The translations under genes and the position numbers were made by a program. The notes under the pieces were generated by a model. That model made no database searches. It saw only the letters and a program-made list of their open reading frames with translations, and was not told where the DNA came from. DNA of 64,000 nucleotides, taken from NCBI RefSeq assembly GCF_009914755.1, contig NC_060933.1; one strand, 5' to 3'. Of this stretch, positions 27,801-42,229 are shown piece by piece (the stretch's first letter is position 1; each line of letters starts with the position of its first letter). This DNA comes from the human T2T-CHM13v2.0 reference genome, Homo sapiens.

Positions 27801-29977
27801 TCAGGAAGTTTCTATTAACTGTTTTTCTTTTCTATGTATAGGCAATACTTTCTTGAGTTTGTTTGCATGTCTTATAATTTTGTTGTTGTTGAAACTGAAC
27901 ACTTTAAATAATATAATGTGGCATATTGGAAAATCCAATATCTTCCCCACCTCAGGTTTGTTTCATTGTTCTTTGTTGTTGTTTCTATTGCTCTTTTTTT
28001 TTTTTAAAGTTCCTTTCTCAGGTCTCTCTCTAAAGTCTGTATTCTTTCTTGTGCATGGTCACTGAAGGTGGCTTTTTTAGATTAATGTCAATTAATGATT
28101 ACACATAGATGTCCTTAAATGTCTTAAACCAATAAATGTGTCAGGGAACATCTTCAGTGCTCTAGTAGGCAGTTTTAAACCTCGTTCCTGTGCAAAACCT
28201 TGAGGCTAGCCAGGTGAGATGAAGGCCTTCTCAGCTCTCTCTTCCTAGACATGCAAACAGCCCTGTACATACATGTGGTGTCCTAGTTTCCTTAGAATAT
28301 TTAGAAGTTTTTCAAAGGCTTCAATAAACATTTCAATTCCCAGTTTATGTGTTTGTCTTAAGTTTTTTGGTCAGCCTCTTGTTAGTTTTAACTAGAATTA
28401 CTGCTTTAGGCATTTGCCATGTTAAACAATAGCCATTGAGAATTATCAACAAACATCCTAGGGTTTAGGTTTTCTTCTCTATGTGACTCCTAAGTCAGAT
28501 CAAATAAAGGCACGCCCTGTGAATGGTGCCTTTTCATAAAGCTGGTGCCATAAATGGTGCCTTTTCATAAAGCTGAGAGGTCAAAGAGTGACAATTATCT
28601 CGGGTGTACCCTTTGGGAGTGCCAAACTTATTTTGCCCCATCAAGTGGCTTCTAGGTTGCTCGTTTTCACAGCTGCAGTGGCTCTAAGGCTGCTGATTTT
28701 CAAGGCTAAGGTATCTGAGGAGAGAAAAATGGAACTAGGTAAAGTTAAAATGCTACAACTCTCATTGTTCTTTTAACTGTCTGTCTTGAATAAATGCAGC
28801 TTGCATTGTTACAAGCCCTTTCTAATTCCTAGAATTCTGAAAAAGTTGATTTTGAGAGTTTATGGCATTCTTCTTACTGTTTTTATGGAGAGCAGAGCTC
28901 CTTACTCCACCATTCTGAAAGAGCTTTTTTGGATGTTTGATTGATAAGTTTTAAGAGTCCTTACATATTTTGAATATAAATCTTTTATCAAATATGTGAT
29001 TTGCAAATATCTTTTCTCAGTCTGTGTCTTTCCATTCCTTAACAGTGTCTTTTTCTGGGAAATTATTAATTTCCGTGAAGACTATTCTATTGATTTTTCT
29101 TATATTGGTCTTGCCTTAGGTATTAAATCTAAGAATTTTTGCCTAACTCAATGTCACACAGATGTTCTTTTATTTCCTCTACTATATTTGAGTTTTATAT
29201 TTTACATTTATGTCTTCAGAACTTTTTTGGCATATTGTACAAGGTATAGATCACTTTTTGTATTTATAATATTAATATCCAATTGTTAATCATTTGTCAA
29301 AAGAGGATTCTTTCTCCCACTGAATTACCTTTGCACCTTTACAAATGTATGGGTCTGTTTCTGAACTCTGTATCATCTTTGACTGATGTATTTGAGTATC
29401 TTGATACCAATACTACACTGTCTTTGTTACTGCAGCTTTATAAATACTCTTGATATCAGGCACTGTAGGTCCTCCTTTTGAAAAAAAATTTTTAAGTTGC
29501 TTTGCCTTTTTTAAGGTCATTTGCATTTCCACAAGAATTTTAAAATCAGGTTACAGAATTACTTTTTAAAATCCTTATGGGTTTGATTGTAACAAAGTTG
29601 AAGAAACATATCAATTTGGGAGAACAGGCCTTTTAACAATTGAGTCTCTTATCATTCCTAATATTAGTAATTTGTGGGATTTTAAAAATCCTTGTTAGTC
29701 TGGCTAGAGGTCTTTCTCAAAGAACTAACTTTACATTTTTTATCAACTCCATGGTTATACTTCTGTTTATAGTTATTTGATGTTAGTTCTGTTCTTCTAT
29801 AATTTATTTTTTCTGATTATTTTGTATTTCATTTGCTCTTATTTTTCTAGTTCCTTTGTGGCAATAGCAAACAACAGAAATAATATTTATAGAATAAAAA
29901 TATACAACCTACATTTTCCCATGGCAACAAATACCCTACATTATCTTATTTTAATTTTTAGAATATTTTATTTAAAA

Positions 29978-30101
29978 ATAGAGATGGTGTCTAACCAGAT
30001 TATCCAGGCTGATCTTGAACTCCTGAATTCAAGCAATCTTTCCACCTCAGCCTCCTGAAGTGCTGTACTGGGATTACAGGTGTGGGCCACCATGCCTGGC
30101 C
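29978..30101 (-). mobile_element. Alu monomer (FLAM/AluJ left arm)
   Basis: tagagatggtgtct...caggctgatcttgaactcctg...gggattacaggtgtgggccaccatgcctggcc. Confidence 0.85.
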
Positions 30102-30527
30102 AGTTGACTTTTTAATATCAGTTTTATAACCAGAAATTTTGTTAAATTTTCTTCTAAGCTCATTATTTATTTTGAATTTGCCACACACACGCAAATATAT
30201 CATCTGTCAATAATTGGCAATGTATGCTTTTTCAGTATTTCTGAACAAATAACACCTGTAGTAAAATGCTGAATCAGAAGAGGTAGCTGACATCTTTGAC
30301 CTGTTAAAAGAAATAATTTTTATATTTTATCACCTGTATGATGAGTATATTTTCTGTAGATGCATTACACCAATTTAAAATTTTTCACTTCAGTACAAAG
30401 TTTACTATAAAATTGTTTTGAAATTTTAAAAATCATGGTTGATTTTGAATTGTATTAAATATTTTTCTACATCTAGTGAGCACAGTATGTTATTTTCCTC
30501 TTTTAAACTGTTAATAGTGAATTGCCA

Positions 30528-30778
30528 CAAATACTAAGTTCTAGTATTCAACAGCACAGTAGGAAAATTATAGTTAAAAATAATTTATTGTCTATTTCAA
30601 AATAACTAGAACAGAAGAATTACAATGTTTCTAACACAAAGAAAGGTTAAATGTTTGAAATGATGGATATCTCAGTTGCCTTAATTTGATCATTATATGT
30701 TGTATAGATGTATCAAAATATCACATGTAACCCAAAAATATGTACAAACTACTATATTTCCATAAAAGAGGAAAAAAA
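30528..30778 (+). mobile_element. L1MA 3' UTR fragment
   Basis: aagttctagtattc...ctaacacaaagaaa..taaatgtttga..tgatggatat...ttgatcatta motifs followed by an A-rich end. Confidence 0.8.
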
Positions 30779-32968
30779 GCAACCAGAGAATAATAATGAT
30801 GGGAATATTGTGGTAGTGGGGAGGGTGCTGTAGGAGTCCAAGAGCCTACATGCTATTGCTCTGCTGGAGGTGCCATTGTAATTGCTCCAGGTGCTGTAGC
30901 CATTGAAGAGGGAACAATCAGACTAGAGCTGTGAGGACTGAGGAGAGGTTGCTAAGGCTAAAGGTAGAGTTCCCAAGAAGACTCAGGAATTTGAGATGCC
31001 CATGAAGCAGGGAGATGGAGAGGTAGGAGGTCAGGGGAGAGAGAGAAAGAGAGATTACTAAGGAACAGAGGCTCTTTCTCCTCTCCTACCTGTTTTTTGT
31101 TTGTTTTTGTTTTTGTTTATGTTTTTTGCCAGAGTCTCCTACTGAGAAGCCAATTGACAGAGGAGTCTGGGAAATTCAGTTTTCACCGTCTCTCCCATCC
31201 TTTACAGAGCAGAGTAAGAGGCATTAAAAAATTGCCTAATATTAAATCAAATTTGTATTGCTAAAATAAATATTGTTATAATACATTTTATAATATTTTC
31301 TTTAGGATTTCTTTATCTTTTGTACCTACAATCACAAATGAGAATGCCCTGTAATTTTCCTACCTTGTTTGTGACTCTTTGGCTTGAAAATAAAGGTTTC
31401 TCCAACTAATATAAATGAGAATGATGAAGAGTAGCCCCTCTTTTTATGTTCTCTGGAATAGTGTAGATAATTTTGAAACTGCAAATTTTGAAATATTCCT
31501 TGAATATTTGATGCAATGCTCATAGACTCATCAGGTACCAGTGTTTTACTGAAGTAAGATTTTTACCTTCTGATTCAATTACTTTATTTTTCATATTTTA
31601 AACCTGTTTGCTTAATGTAGACAATAACCTTCACTCCTAATATCCACTTATTTTAATCTCTACAGCATCTGTGGCTATATAAAATGTATTCCTGACATTA
31701 TTAATGTCTTCATTCATTTTCTTGATAAATTTTGTAAGTAATTGTCTGTTTTATTAATCTCTTTACAATCCGTTTTTCACTGTTGATTACCTCTAATTTG
31801 TATAATTGAATTACATAATGTTATTAAAAATTGTTCTTATTTTATATTTTCACTTATATTTTATTTTGCTCAATTTTGTTATTCTCTTATAACTTGTTAA
31901 ATACATTGTTCACTAATTAATTTTAGTCTTTCTTTGTATAAAATTATTTTCTTATATTTGTGCTTAGTGGCAACCCACAACTTTTTCTCTTGTATATATT
32001 TTTTAATTTCAAATATGACTTCTTATTTGAAGCACGAGATGTTAAATCTATGTTTTTACATCTCTAAATATATTGTTTTAAATTAATTGCATTGTTGCTT
32101 GATAGTGTTATTTCAAAAATTCCAACCTTTTTAAATTTGATAAAATAAGCTTGTTGGTGTTGTATAAAATTATTTTGTTTTAATATTACAAGTTTGTTGG
32201 AATATTATGTTATGTTCCCTAATTTGGGGGTGTCATGTTCCATAAAAATTAAGCTTTGTTTAGGTCATCATGGTGTACTGAATCGTTTTTGAGAACTAAA
32301 ATTTTGTTTCATTATTAAGTGAACTGCTTCATTTTTATTTTGGCTTTTTTGCCATAGTATCAATATATCTCTCATAAAATATTGTTTAGCATTATCCCAA
32401 CATACACATGTTCACACACTTTAGCTTTTATTATTTCTGTAACCTTGGCTTTATATGCATTCCATGTATAACATATAGATGAATTTTTAAAATTAATTCT
32501 CACAGTCTGTGTTTAGAATTGCATGTGGATATGTTTTCCTACATTATTATGATTTTAATTTCTTTTTGTGTCTTTTTTTATTTTTTATTTGAATGCTTTC
32601 TTTTTCTTTCTTTCCTTCCCTTTAACTCTTTCTTTCCCTTCTACTTTTCCTTCTATTTGTACAGAAGTTTTTGACACCATGGCTAGTTTTTTAGAAGTCA
32701 AGATATTTTAATATGTGTATATAACAATGAATTATCTTTACCCTACTTTTGAATAATACAAAAGTTTCCAAATTATTTTAATCAAATTTCTATTTTTCCA
32801 CATATTTCATCCACTAAATAACTGAAGCCTTTATACTTTTGTATCATGTATTGTTTTAATGTACAAGCACTTTTTGTGGAGATTTATCCAAATATTGATA
32901 GGATGTCCTTGCTCTTGTCTGCCTTTTTTTTTTTTTTTTTTAATTCTAATGAAGTACATCCTCTATAG

Positions 32969-33327
32969 CAGCAGTCCCCAACCTTTTTAGCACCAGGAAC
33001 CGGTTTCGTAGAAGATAAATTTTCCACAGGTGGAGGAGTGGGGTGGGCAGGGGGTTGTTTTGGGATGAAACTATTCCACCTCAGGTCATACGGCATTAAG
33101 GCATTAGTTAGATTCTCCTAATGAGAATACACAACCTAAGTCCCTCTTATGCACAGTTCAAAATAGGGTTCACGCTCCTATGAGAATCTAATGCCATCAC
33201 TGATCTGACAGGAGGTGGAGCTCAGATGGTAATGCTTGCTGGTCCCTGCTTACCTCCTGCTATGTGGCAGGTCCTAAAGAGGCCACCGACCAGTACCAGT
33301 CTGCAGCCTGGGGACTGGGGATTCCTG
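32969..33327. mobile_element. MER1B hAT-Charlie MITE
   Basis: cagcagtccccaaccttttt...ggggattcctg; 8-bp TSD ctctatag (32961-68) and ctctagag (33328-35). Confidence 0.92.
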
Positions 33328-33409
33328 CTCTAGAGTTTTCCTAATGTGCAACTTTTGGATATAAATGCAGATTTTGTTTTACCTAAAATGTTTTCATTCT
33401 TCCTAATGC

Positions 33410-33830
33410 CATGATAAGCAAAACACCGAATCTCAATATCTGATACCATGGAAGTTTATTTCTCATTCATATTGAATAAAAGGGGGAATTCAGCAGGCTG
33501 CCTCCATTCAGTGATTTGGGTATCCCCTCTTATCCTGTGTCTCTGACACCCATTAAGAAATCTAAATTCTTCACTTTGCGACAGCATAGGGTAAGAAGAA
33601 AAGAGAAGGGTTATTCAGTTACATATTTTTCCAGGAAGAGAGACAGAAAGAAAGAGAGAAAAAGGAAAGAATGTGGATAGGGTACACACAAGCCCTATCT
33701 ACATTCTATTGCCCAGAATTAAAACATGATTCCACCTAATTTCAAGCAAGTGTGGGAGAAATAATCTAAGTATGTACCAGAAGGAGAAGGAACAATGTTT
33801 TGGTGAGATCAGAGCATTCCCTGCCAGACC
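33410..33830 (-). mobile_element. Old MLT1 (I/J/K-like) LTR remnant
   Basis: aagtttatttctcattca, cacattctattg.ccagaa, ccacctaa and ttttggtga motifs. Confidence 0.55.
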
Positions 33831-34254
33831 TTTCTTTTAGACAGATAAGTACGTGTTTAGAATCTGAGGTTGAGAGTTATTTCTCTCAGAATGTTGAAAA
33901 TACTATTTCATTGTCTTATTTTCCCAATATTATCTTTTCCCAATATCAACTGACTTGGAAAAGTCAGTTGATAAGCTAAGTGCCTTTTAGGTGGTTCACA
34001 AGTTTTCTTTGATATTTTAAATCTCTTTGTCTATCAGACATACTGGGGGAATTGTTTTAGTACTTTAATGTGTACTTTCTCTGTCTCTCTCCTTGTCTCC
34101 TGCTCTCTCTCCTTTTCTCTCTCTCTTTTTTTTCTCTCTCTCTACGCTACACACACAATTCGTCTATATGTATACATATACACACAGTATACAAATACTC
34201 AATTTGTTTTTGTATATATAATTTTTAACATATTTAAAAAGAGCCTTAGTGGGC

Positions 34255-36576
34255 TGTATTAGTCCATTGTCATACTGCCATAAAGAAATACCTGAGACTG
34301 GGTAATTTCTAAAGAAAAAGAGGCTAAATGGACTCACAGTTCCACCTGGCTAGGGTGGCCTCATAATCATGGCAGAAGGCAAAGGAGGAGGAAAGGCATA
34401 TCTCATATGATGGTAGGCAAGAGAGTGTGTGCAGGGAAACTGCCCTTTATAAAACCATCATGAGACTTATTCACTGTCACAAGAACAGCATGGGAAAATC
34501 CTGCCCCTATGATTCAATTACCTCACACTGCGTCACTCCCATGACACATGGGGATTATAGGAACTAAAATTCCAGATGAGATTTGGGTGAGGACACAGTC
34601 AAAGCCTACCATTCCACCCCTAACTCCTCCCAAATTTCATGACCTCACATTGCAAAACTAATCATGCCTTACCAAGAATCTCCCAAATCTTAACTCATTT
34701 CAGCATTAACTCAAAAGTCCGCAGTCCCAAGTCTCATCTGGGACAAGGCAAGTCCCTTTCTCACTATGAGCTTGTATAATCAAAGCAAGTTAGTTACTTC
34801 CTAGACACAATGAGTGTACAGGCCACTGGGTAAATGTACGCATTCTAAATAGGAGATATTGGCCAAAACATAGGGCAGTCCCCATGCAAGTCCAAAAACC
34901 AATGGGGTAGTCAAATCTTAAAGCTCCAAAATGATCTCCATTACTTCATGTCTCACATCCAAGTCGTGTTGATGCAAGAGGTGGGTTCCCATGGTCTTTG
35001 AAAGCCCTATTGCTGTGGCTTTGCAGGGTACAACTCCCCTTCTGGCTGTTTTACAGGCTGGCATTGAGTATCTGTGGCTTTTCCAGGTGCATGGTGCAAG
35101 CTGTTGGTGGATCTACCATTCTGGGGTCTAGAGGATGGTGGTCTTCTTCTCACAGTCCCACTAGGCAGTGCCACAGTGGGGACTCTGTGTGGGGGCTCCC
35201 ACCCCACATTTACCTTCTGTACTGTCCTAGCAGAGGTCTTCATGAGGGCTGGCCCCTGCAGCACACTTCTGCCTGGACATCCAGGTATTTCCATACATTG
35301 TCTGAAATCTAGGTAGAAGTTCCCAAAACTCAATTCTTGACTTCTGTGCACCTGCAGGCCCAACACCATGTGTAAGTCACCAAAGCTTGAGGCTTTCACT
35401 CTCTGAATCAATGGCCTGAGCTGTACATTGGCCCCTTTTAGCCACAGCTGGGATGCAGGGAACCAAGTCCCAAGACTGCACAAAGCAGCAAGGCCCTGGA
35501 CCCAGCTCACGAAAACATTTTTTCCTCCTAGGCCTCTGGGCCTGTGAAGGGAGGGGTGCCATGAAGTCCTCTGACATGCCCTGGAAAGATTCTCACCATT
35601 GTCTTGGTGATTAACATTTGGCCCCTCATTACTTATGCAAATTTCTGCAGCTGGCTTGAATTTCTCCTTAGAAAATGTGTTTTTCTTTTCTATTGCATCA
35701 TCAGGCTGCACATTTTCCAAACTTTTTTGCTCTGCTTCCCTTTTAAACGTAAGTTCCAATTCCAAACCATATCTTTGTGAATAAATAAAACAGTGCTTAT
35801 AAGAGCACCCAAGTCACCTCCTAAATACACTGTTGCCTAGAAATTTCCTCCATCAGATACTCTAAAACATCTCTCTCAAGTTCAAAGTTCCACAAATCTT
35901 TAGGGCAGTGGCAAAATGCCACCAGTCTCTTTGCTAAAACATAGCAAGACTCAAGTTTGCTTTATTTCCCAATAAGTTCCTCATCTCCATCTGAGACCAC
36001 CTCAGCCTGGACTTCATTGTCCATATCACTATCAGCATTTTAGTAAAAACCATTCAGCAAGTCTCTAGAAAGCTCCAAACTTTCCCACATCTTCATGTTT
36101 TCTTCTGAGCCCTCCAAAGTGTTTTAACCTCTGCCTGTTACCCAGTTCCAAAGTTGCTTCCACATTTTCAGGTATCTCAATAGCAGTACCCCATTCTACC
36201 AGTACCAATTTACTATATTAGTCCATTTTCACACTGCTATGAAGAAGTGCCTAAGACTGAGTAATGTATAAAGAAAAGAAAGTTTAACTGACTCACAGTT
36301 CCACACGGCTGGGGAGGCCTCACAATCATGGCAGAAGGAAAAGGAGGAACAAAAGTATGTCTTACATGACAGCAGGCAAGAAATTGTGTGCAGGGAAACT
36401 GCCCTTTATGTAACCATCAGATCTCATGAGACTTATTTTCTATGATGAGAACTGTATGGAAAAAACAAGACCCCATGATTCAATTAACTCCTACCACATC
36501 CCTCCAATGACACATGGGAATTATGGGAGCTACAGTGCATTATGAGATTAGGGTGGGGACACAGCCAAACATATCA
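34255..36576 (-). mobile_element. Complete THE1 (C/D-like) MaLR element: LTR 34255-34611, internal, LTR 36214-36576
   Basis: Two direct LTRs (t.tattagtccatt...ggacacag.caaa...ca) and a perfect 5-bp TSD tgggc (34250-54, 36577-81). Confidence 0.96.
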
Positions 36577-36689
36577 TGGGCTTTTTAATTAACAGCTTTA
36601 GTTAGGTATAATTTACATATCACAAAATTTACTAATTAAAACAAGTAATTCAATGGCTTTTAGTACATTAATAATGGTTTCTTTTTTGA

Positions 36690-37793
36690 AGGAAATTCTG
36701 ACATTTGTAACAACAAGAATGAATCTGAAAGATATTATGTTCAGTAAAATAAACAAGACACAGAAATACAAATACTGCATAAACTCAAACATGTAATTTT
36801 TAAAAGTTGAACTGATAGAAGCACAGAGTAAAATGGTGGTTGCCAGGAGCTGGGACAATGGGGAAATTAGAAAATGTTGGTCAAAGGGTACAAACTTTCA
36901 GGTATAGATGAATTAATTCTGGAAATCTAATGACAGCATGGTGACTTAGTTAATAATGCTGTGTAATTTACTTGAAATTTGCTAAGAGAATAGATCTTAA
37001 GTGTCCTCAACACCGCCCCCCCACACACACAGAGTAACTATGTATGGTAATGAATGTATTGATTAATTTAATTGTAGTAGTCATTTCACAAGGTATACAT
37101 ATATCAAATCATTACACTGTCCCCCTTGAATATGAAACTGCCTTTATAAAATTAATGAAAGGCCCCAGTTAAAACTGTGGAGGGTTCTGAATTTTGCTAA
37201 GAGATAAGGAGAGTTATATAATAACCAGTCATTGTTTCTTTGCTTGCCCTTTTATTTTTTAACTGTTTACTGCTCAGAAGTCACATAGTCGTCACAAGAT
37301 ATGTAACTTCCCAATTGATCATATAGATAACATCACTATTGTGAAACCTAAGTCTATTTTGTGAGATATTTTGGAGACTTTGCATCCTGGTGGACCAACT
37401 GACTCCATCCAGACTGGTGAACCATACCAAGGAACTAACTCAATTGGATCTTTGATGCCCTCCCAGGAACTGACTTCATGAACAAAGACAGTTTTGACAC
37501 CCCTGTGATTTCATCCCTCATCCAACCAATTATTTGTACCCATTTCCTAGCCCCCTGCCTGCCAATTACCCTTAAAAACCTTACCCTCCATATTCTTGGG
37601 AAGATAGATTTAAGAAATATTTTCCATCTCCTCCCTCAGCTGCCCTGTGATAATTAGATTCTTTCTCTACTGCAATACCTTTTGTCTCAGTGTATTGGCT
37701 TTCTCTGTGCAATGGGCAAGAAGAATCTGCTTGAGCTATAACGAATATGTCCAATTTTTATTTGTCAATAATATCTCAATAAAGCTTGAAAAA
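36690..37793 (+). mobile_element. L1MA/MB 3' UTR split by an LTR
   Basis: gaaggaaattctgacatttg...gaaatttgctaagagaatagatcttaagtg; resumes after the LTR and runs to aataaagct. Confidence 0.85.
37133..37743 (+). mobile_element. Solo ERV1 LTR (MER4 group; LTR8/LTR54-like)
   Basis: Starts tgaaactgccttt; internal cccaggaactgac and ttctttctctactgcaat; 4-bp TSD aata. Confidence 0.8.
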
Positions 37794-38164
37794 TGGGATC
37801 TTTTAAATATATATTTTATCTATCTTTGTTTCATTTACCTTTTTCTTAATAAATCCCTTTTAATGGAATTTATGTGTGTATTTAAGAAACATACTTACTC
37901 CAAAACAGTTGATAATATTTTGCACTGTTAAACTATATTAATTTTATTTCTATAGAATTATAAACCAAGAGTTTACACTGTGGCATTTTATTTCAACATT
38001 ATATTTCTCACTAGTTTTAGAATTGAAGACTAATTTTGACAGGAATCTTTTCGTTTTATTACTTTTGAATTCTGTTTCCCCTCTTCATGTCAAATAAGTT
38101 TGACTTTGCTTTTATTGACAGTTTTGTTCACTTTGTCTCATGGGCACTAAAATTCTTGCTACTC

Positions 38165-38735
38165 TGGAAGCCATAGGTTCTTGGCCCCCTCAGTGGTCCC
38201 TGAAAGCCATTGACATGAGGCAGGTGGTTTAATAAGAGAAAAGGCATACACATTTATTTAAGATGTATACATAGGAGCCTTCAGAATACTCTCCTTCCCA
38301 ATGAGTTACAGAAACTTGTATACAATCTAAAGGTTACAGAAAGAATGGGGACTTGGATCCTGGTAAAACAGATTATGAGAGGGGGTAGAGAGGAATTCTA
38401 TTTAGGGACAATACATACTTACTACATAAGAATGAATGGATCAGTGAACAGAGACTAGCTTGTAAATAATTCTCTTTGAAACTTAAATGATCCTTGGAAG
38501 CAGTCTTTATCTTGAGAAGAAAGGCCTGTTCAAGTATAGTTACCCTTTTGGTCTTACAGGGAGGGAAGGAAAACTATTGTTCTTGGTGGGTCTGATCATA
38601 GCCAGATAAGGAAACTTCAGCCTCTTTGGGAGAAATGGTGAAGGGTGGGGGAAGGTTAGAGAAACCTTGAGGCTTCTACTTCAGTTTAGTATGTCAAAAC
38701 ACAGGATTTGGAGATATTGGTTTCTGAGCCCCACA
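38165..38735 (-). mobile_element. Solo ERV1 LTR (MER39B-like)
   Basis: The reverse complement starts tgtggggctcagaaaccaatatctccaaa...tttgacat...aagcctcaagg. Confidence 0.7.
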
Positions 38736-38872
38736 ATACCACATATTTTCAGACAACAGTGTTCAGCAAACCCATAGCTTCTGCCCATTAAACTGTTTTT
38801 CATTATTGCTCCATTTCTAGTCTACTTAGGGTTATGGTAGGATTGTCCCATGTAATATTTAAAACATACTTA

Positions 38873-39423
38873 TGAGACAGAGTAGGGACAGACCTCAGCC
38901 CCTCAACTGCCACTAACATATTGTTTCTTACCCACTGACTAGGGGACTTGAAGAAACTAAGATAAGCAGCATCCCACCATAAGTTTAATCAAGGTGCCAT
39001 ACCCACAGTGTCCCCACCTTAAATCTTACTCAAGGGAGTTAACCCTATCACCTGCAGAAGACCAGATTAATGACCAATTTTTACCCCTTACCTCATTATA
39101 GTACTAAAGTGTCTGTCCAGGGAGGGGCTTATCTGCCATTTTTTTATCATGAGATATATAAAGATGTATGCTTCTACATTGCACTTGCATGAATGAAACC
39201 CCTCCCTACTTATGCTTACCTACTTTTCCTTTAACCTCGACCCCTCTCCCTCCCCAAATAAAAGGTCCTAAGCAGCCCTTCTCAGAGAGCCAGCCAGGGA
39301 ACTCTTGTTCCAGTGCTGTCTCCCTTGAGTTCAAGCACAAGCCCCTAATAAAGCTTAGTCTGGGAAACTTACTTGGCCTTAATTTCTATCGCATAGGAGC
39401 CTAAGAACCTGTGGTCAGTAACA
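38873..39423 (+). mobile_element. Solo ERV1 LTR (MER92-like)
   Basis: TG...CA termini (tgagacagagtaggga...ggtcagtaaca), internal AATAAA, flanks ctta and ttta. Confidence 0.65.
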
Positions 39424-39862
39424 TTTACACTAAAATATTATTTTCTACTTATATGACATTTAAATATAACTTGGCATTCTGTAATTTTATTTGCTAAGAT
39501 CTATTTCTTTCTTTCTTTTTTCTGTTTTTCTTTTCCAAATTTGTCTCTTTATCTTCTATAAATGTTTGAAGAAGGTAATATGAGTAAAATGTAAGTAATT
39601 GTGCCATCCTGAACGTCATACATTACTTTTTAAATCAGAGATACGTGACCATATGAAGAGCTACAACCATCCAGAAACTGAAGCAAAAATAGCTAAAATC
39701 TGGTGCCTACAGTCACTAGAACCAGTAAAAGACACAGAATTTAAACCAGATTAGTGAATAATGTTTGCAGGACACTACATTGTTTAATAATTTTAAAGAA
39801 TGTTTCCATGGATATATAAGCAGGTTGAGCACATTCAGGATGCATGTTGGTTCAACCTATTA

Positions 39863-42229
39863 GAGGCATACTTTGAAGATATTCCAAATTCAGTTCAAGA
39901 ACACTGCAATACAATGAATAAAGTGAACACACTAACGTTTTGGTCTCCCGATGCATATAAAAGTTATGTTTACACTATACTGTAGTCTATTAAGTGTGCA
40001 ATAGCATTATGTCTAAAAAAGCAGTGTACATACATTAATTAAAAATACTTTACTACTGAAAAAAAGCTAAAGATCATCTGAGCCTTTAGCCAATCATAAT
40101 CTTTTTGCTGGTGAAGGATTTTACCTTGAAGTTGGTGGCTGCTCACTGGTCAGGGTGGTGGTTGCTGAAGATTACAGTGGCTATGGCCATTTCTTAAAAT
40201 AAAACAAAAATGCAGTTTATTGCAGTAATTGACTCTCTTTCACAAAATTTCTCTGTAGCATGAGATGTTGCTTGATAGCACTTTACATACAGTAGAACTT
40301 CTTTCAAAATTGGAGTTAAGGCTCTCGAATTCTGCTGCTGTTTTATCAACTAAGTTTATGTAGTTTTCTCAATTTTTTACTGTCATTTCAACATAGCATC
40401 TTCACCAGGAGTAGATTCCACCTCAAAAACCACTTTCTTTGCTCATTCATAAGAAGCAACCCTTCATCCATTCAAGTTTTATCATGAGATTGCAACAATT
40501 CATTCTATCTTCAGGCTCTACTTCTAATTCTACTTCTCTTGCTATTCCTACTACTTTTGCAGTTACTTCTCCACTAAAGTCTTGAATGCTTTAAACACAT
40601 TCATGAGGATTGGAATTAACTTCTTCCACCCAACCTGTTGATACTGATATTGATATTTTAACCTCCTCCCATGAATCATGAATGTTCTTAATGGCATCTA
40701 AATTATGAATCCTTTCCAGAAGGTTTCCAATTTACTATGCTCAGATTCATCAGGGCTTTACTATCTATGGCAGCTATAGCCTTACGAAACATACTTTTAA
40801 AATAATAAGACTTGAAAATCAAAATTACTCCTTGATCCATGACCTGCAGAATGGATGTTGTGTTAGCAGGCATAAAAACAGCATTCATTTCTTTGTACAT
40901 CTATGTCAGAGCTCTTGGGTGACCAGGTGCGTTGTCAAGAAGCAGAAATATTTTTAAAGATATTTTTTTTCTGAGAAGGAGGTCTCAATGGTGAGTTTAA
41001 AATATATTCAGTAAAGCATGCTGTAAACAGATATACCGTCATCCAGTCTTTGTTCTTCCATTTAAGAGCACAGGCAGAGTAAAATTAGCATAATTCTTAA
41101 GGGTCCTAAGATATTAAGAATGGTCCATGAGCAATGGCTTCAACTTATAGTCACCAGTTGCATTAGCTCCTAACAAGAAAGTCAGTTTGTTCCTTGAAGC
41201 TTTGAAGTCAGGCATTGACTTCTTTCTGACTATGAAAGTATTAGATGGCATCTTCTTTTAATAGAGGGCTGTTTTGTCCACACTGAAAATGTGCTGTTTA
41301 GTGTAGCCACCTTCATCAATGATCTTAGCTAGATCTTTTGGATAACTTGCTGTAGCTTCTGAATCATCTTGCTGCTTCATCTTGAACTTTTATGTTATGG
41401 AGACGGCTTATTTTCTTAAAACTCATGAACCAATCTGTGCTAGTTTCACACTTTTCTTCTGAAGCTTCCTCACCTCTCTTAACCTTTATAGAATTGAAGA
41501 AAGGATCTTACTCTGGATTAGCCTTTGGCTTAAGGGAATGTTGTGCCTGGTTTGATCTTCTAGCTACATTACTCAGACTTTCTCCATATCAACAATAAGG
41601 TTGTTTTGCTTTCTTATCATTTATGTGTTCACTGGATTAGCACTTCTAATTTCCTTCAAGAACGTTTTCTTTGCATTCACAATTTGACTAAATGTTTGAT
41701 ACAAAAGGTCAAGCTCTCAGTTTATCTCGACTTTTGACATGCCTTCCTCACTAAGCTTAGTAATTTCTAGATTTTGATTTAAAGTGAGGATGTGTGATTC
41801 CTCCCTTCATTTGAACACTTACAGGCCACTGTAGGGTTATTAATTGACCTAATTTCAATATTGCTGTATCTCAGGGAATAGGGAGGCATGAGAAGAGGGA
41901 GAGAGATGGGGAAAGGCTGGTAAGTGGAGCAGTCAGAACACACAAAACATTTATTTTGTTAAGTTGGCCATCTTATATGAGTGCAGTTTGTGGTGACCCA
42001 AAACAATTACAACAGTAACACCAAAGATTGCTGACCACAGATCTCCATAACAGATCTAATAATAATGAAAAAGTGTGAGAATTACCAGAATGTGACAGAG
42101 ACTCAAAGTAAGCACATACTGTTGGGAAAACAGTGCCAATAGATTCGCTCCACAAGGGTTTGCCACAGAGCTTCCATTTGCAATAAAACATGTAACACCT
42201 GTGAAGCTCAATAAAACAAGGTACGCCTA
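39863..42229 (-). mobile_element. Near full-length Tigger1 (TcMar-pogo) DNA transposon
   Basis: TIRs gaggcatacttt and caaggtacgccta with TA flanks; about 2.37 kb; minus-strand transposase peptide [24 protein letters not shown]. Confidence 0.93.

Larger units (their letters stand above)
27330..32900 (-). mobile_element. Patchwork of older antisense L1M fragments
   Basis: L1 motifs such as ttttcatcaaatttgggaagtttt, tgatttgcaaatatcttttctcagtctgtg and gatcaatttggggagaa-like; individual edges unresolved. Confidence 0.6.
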
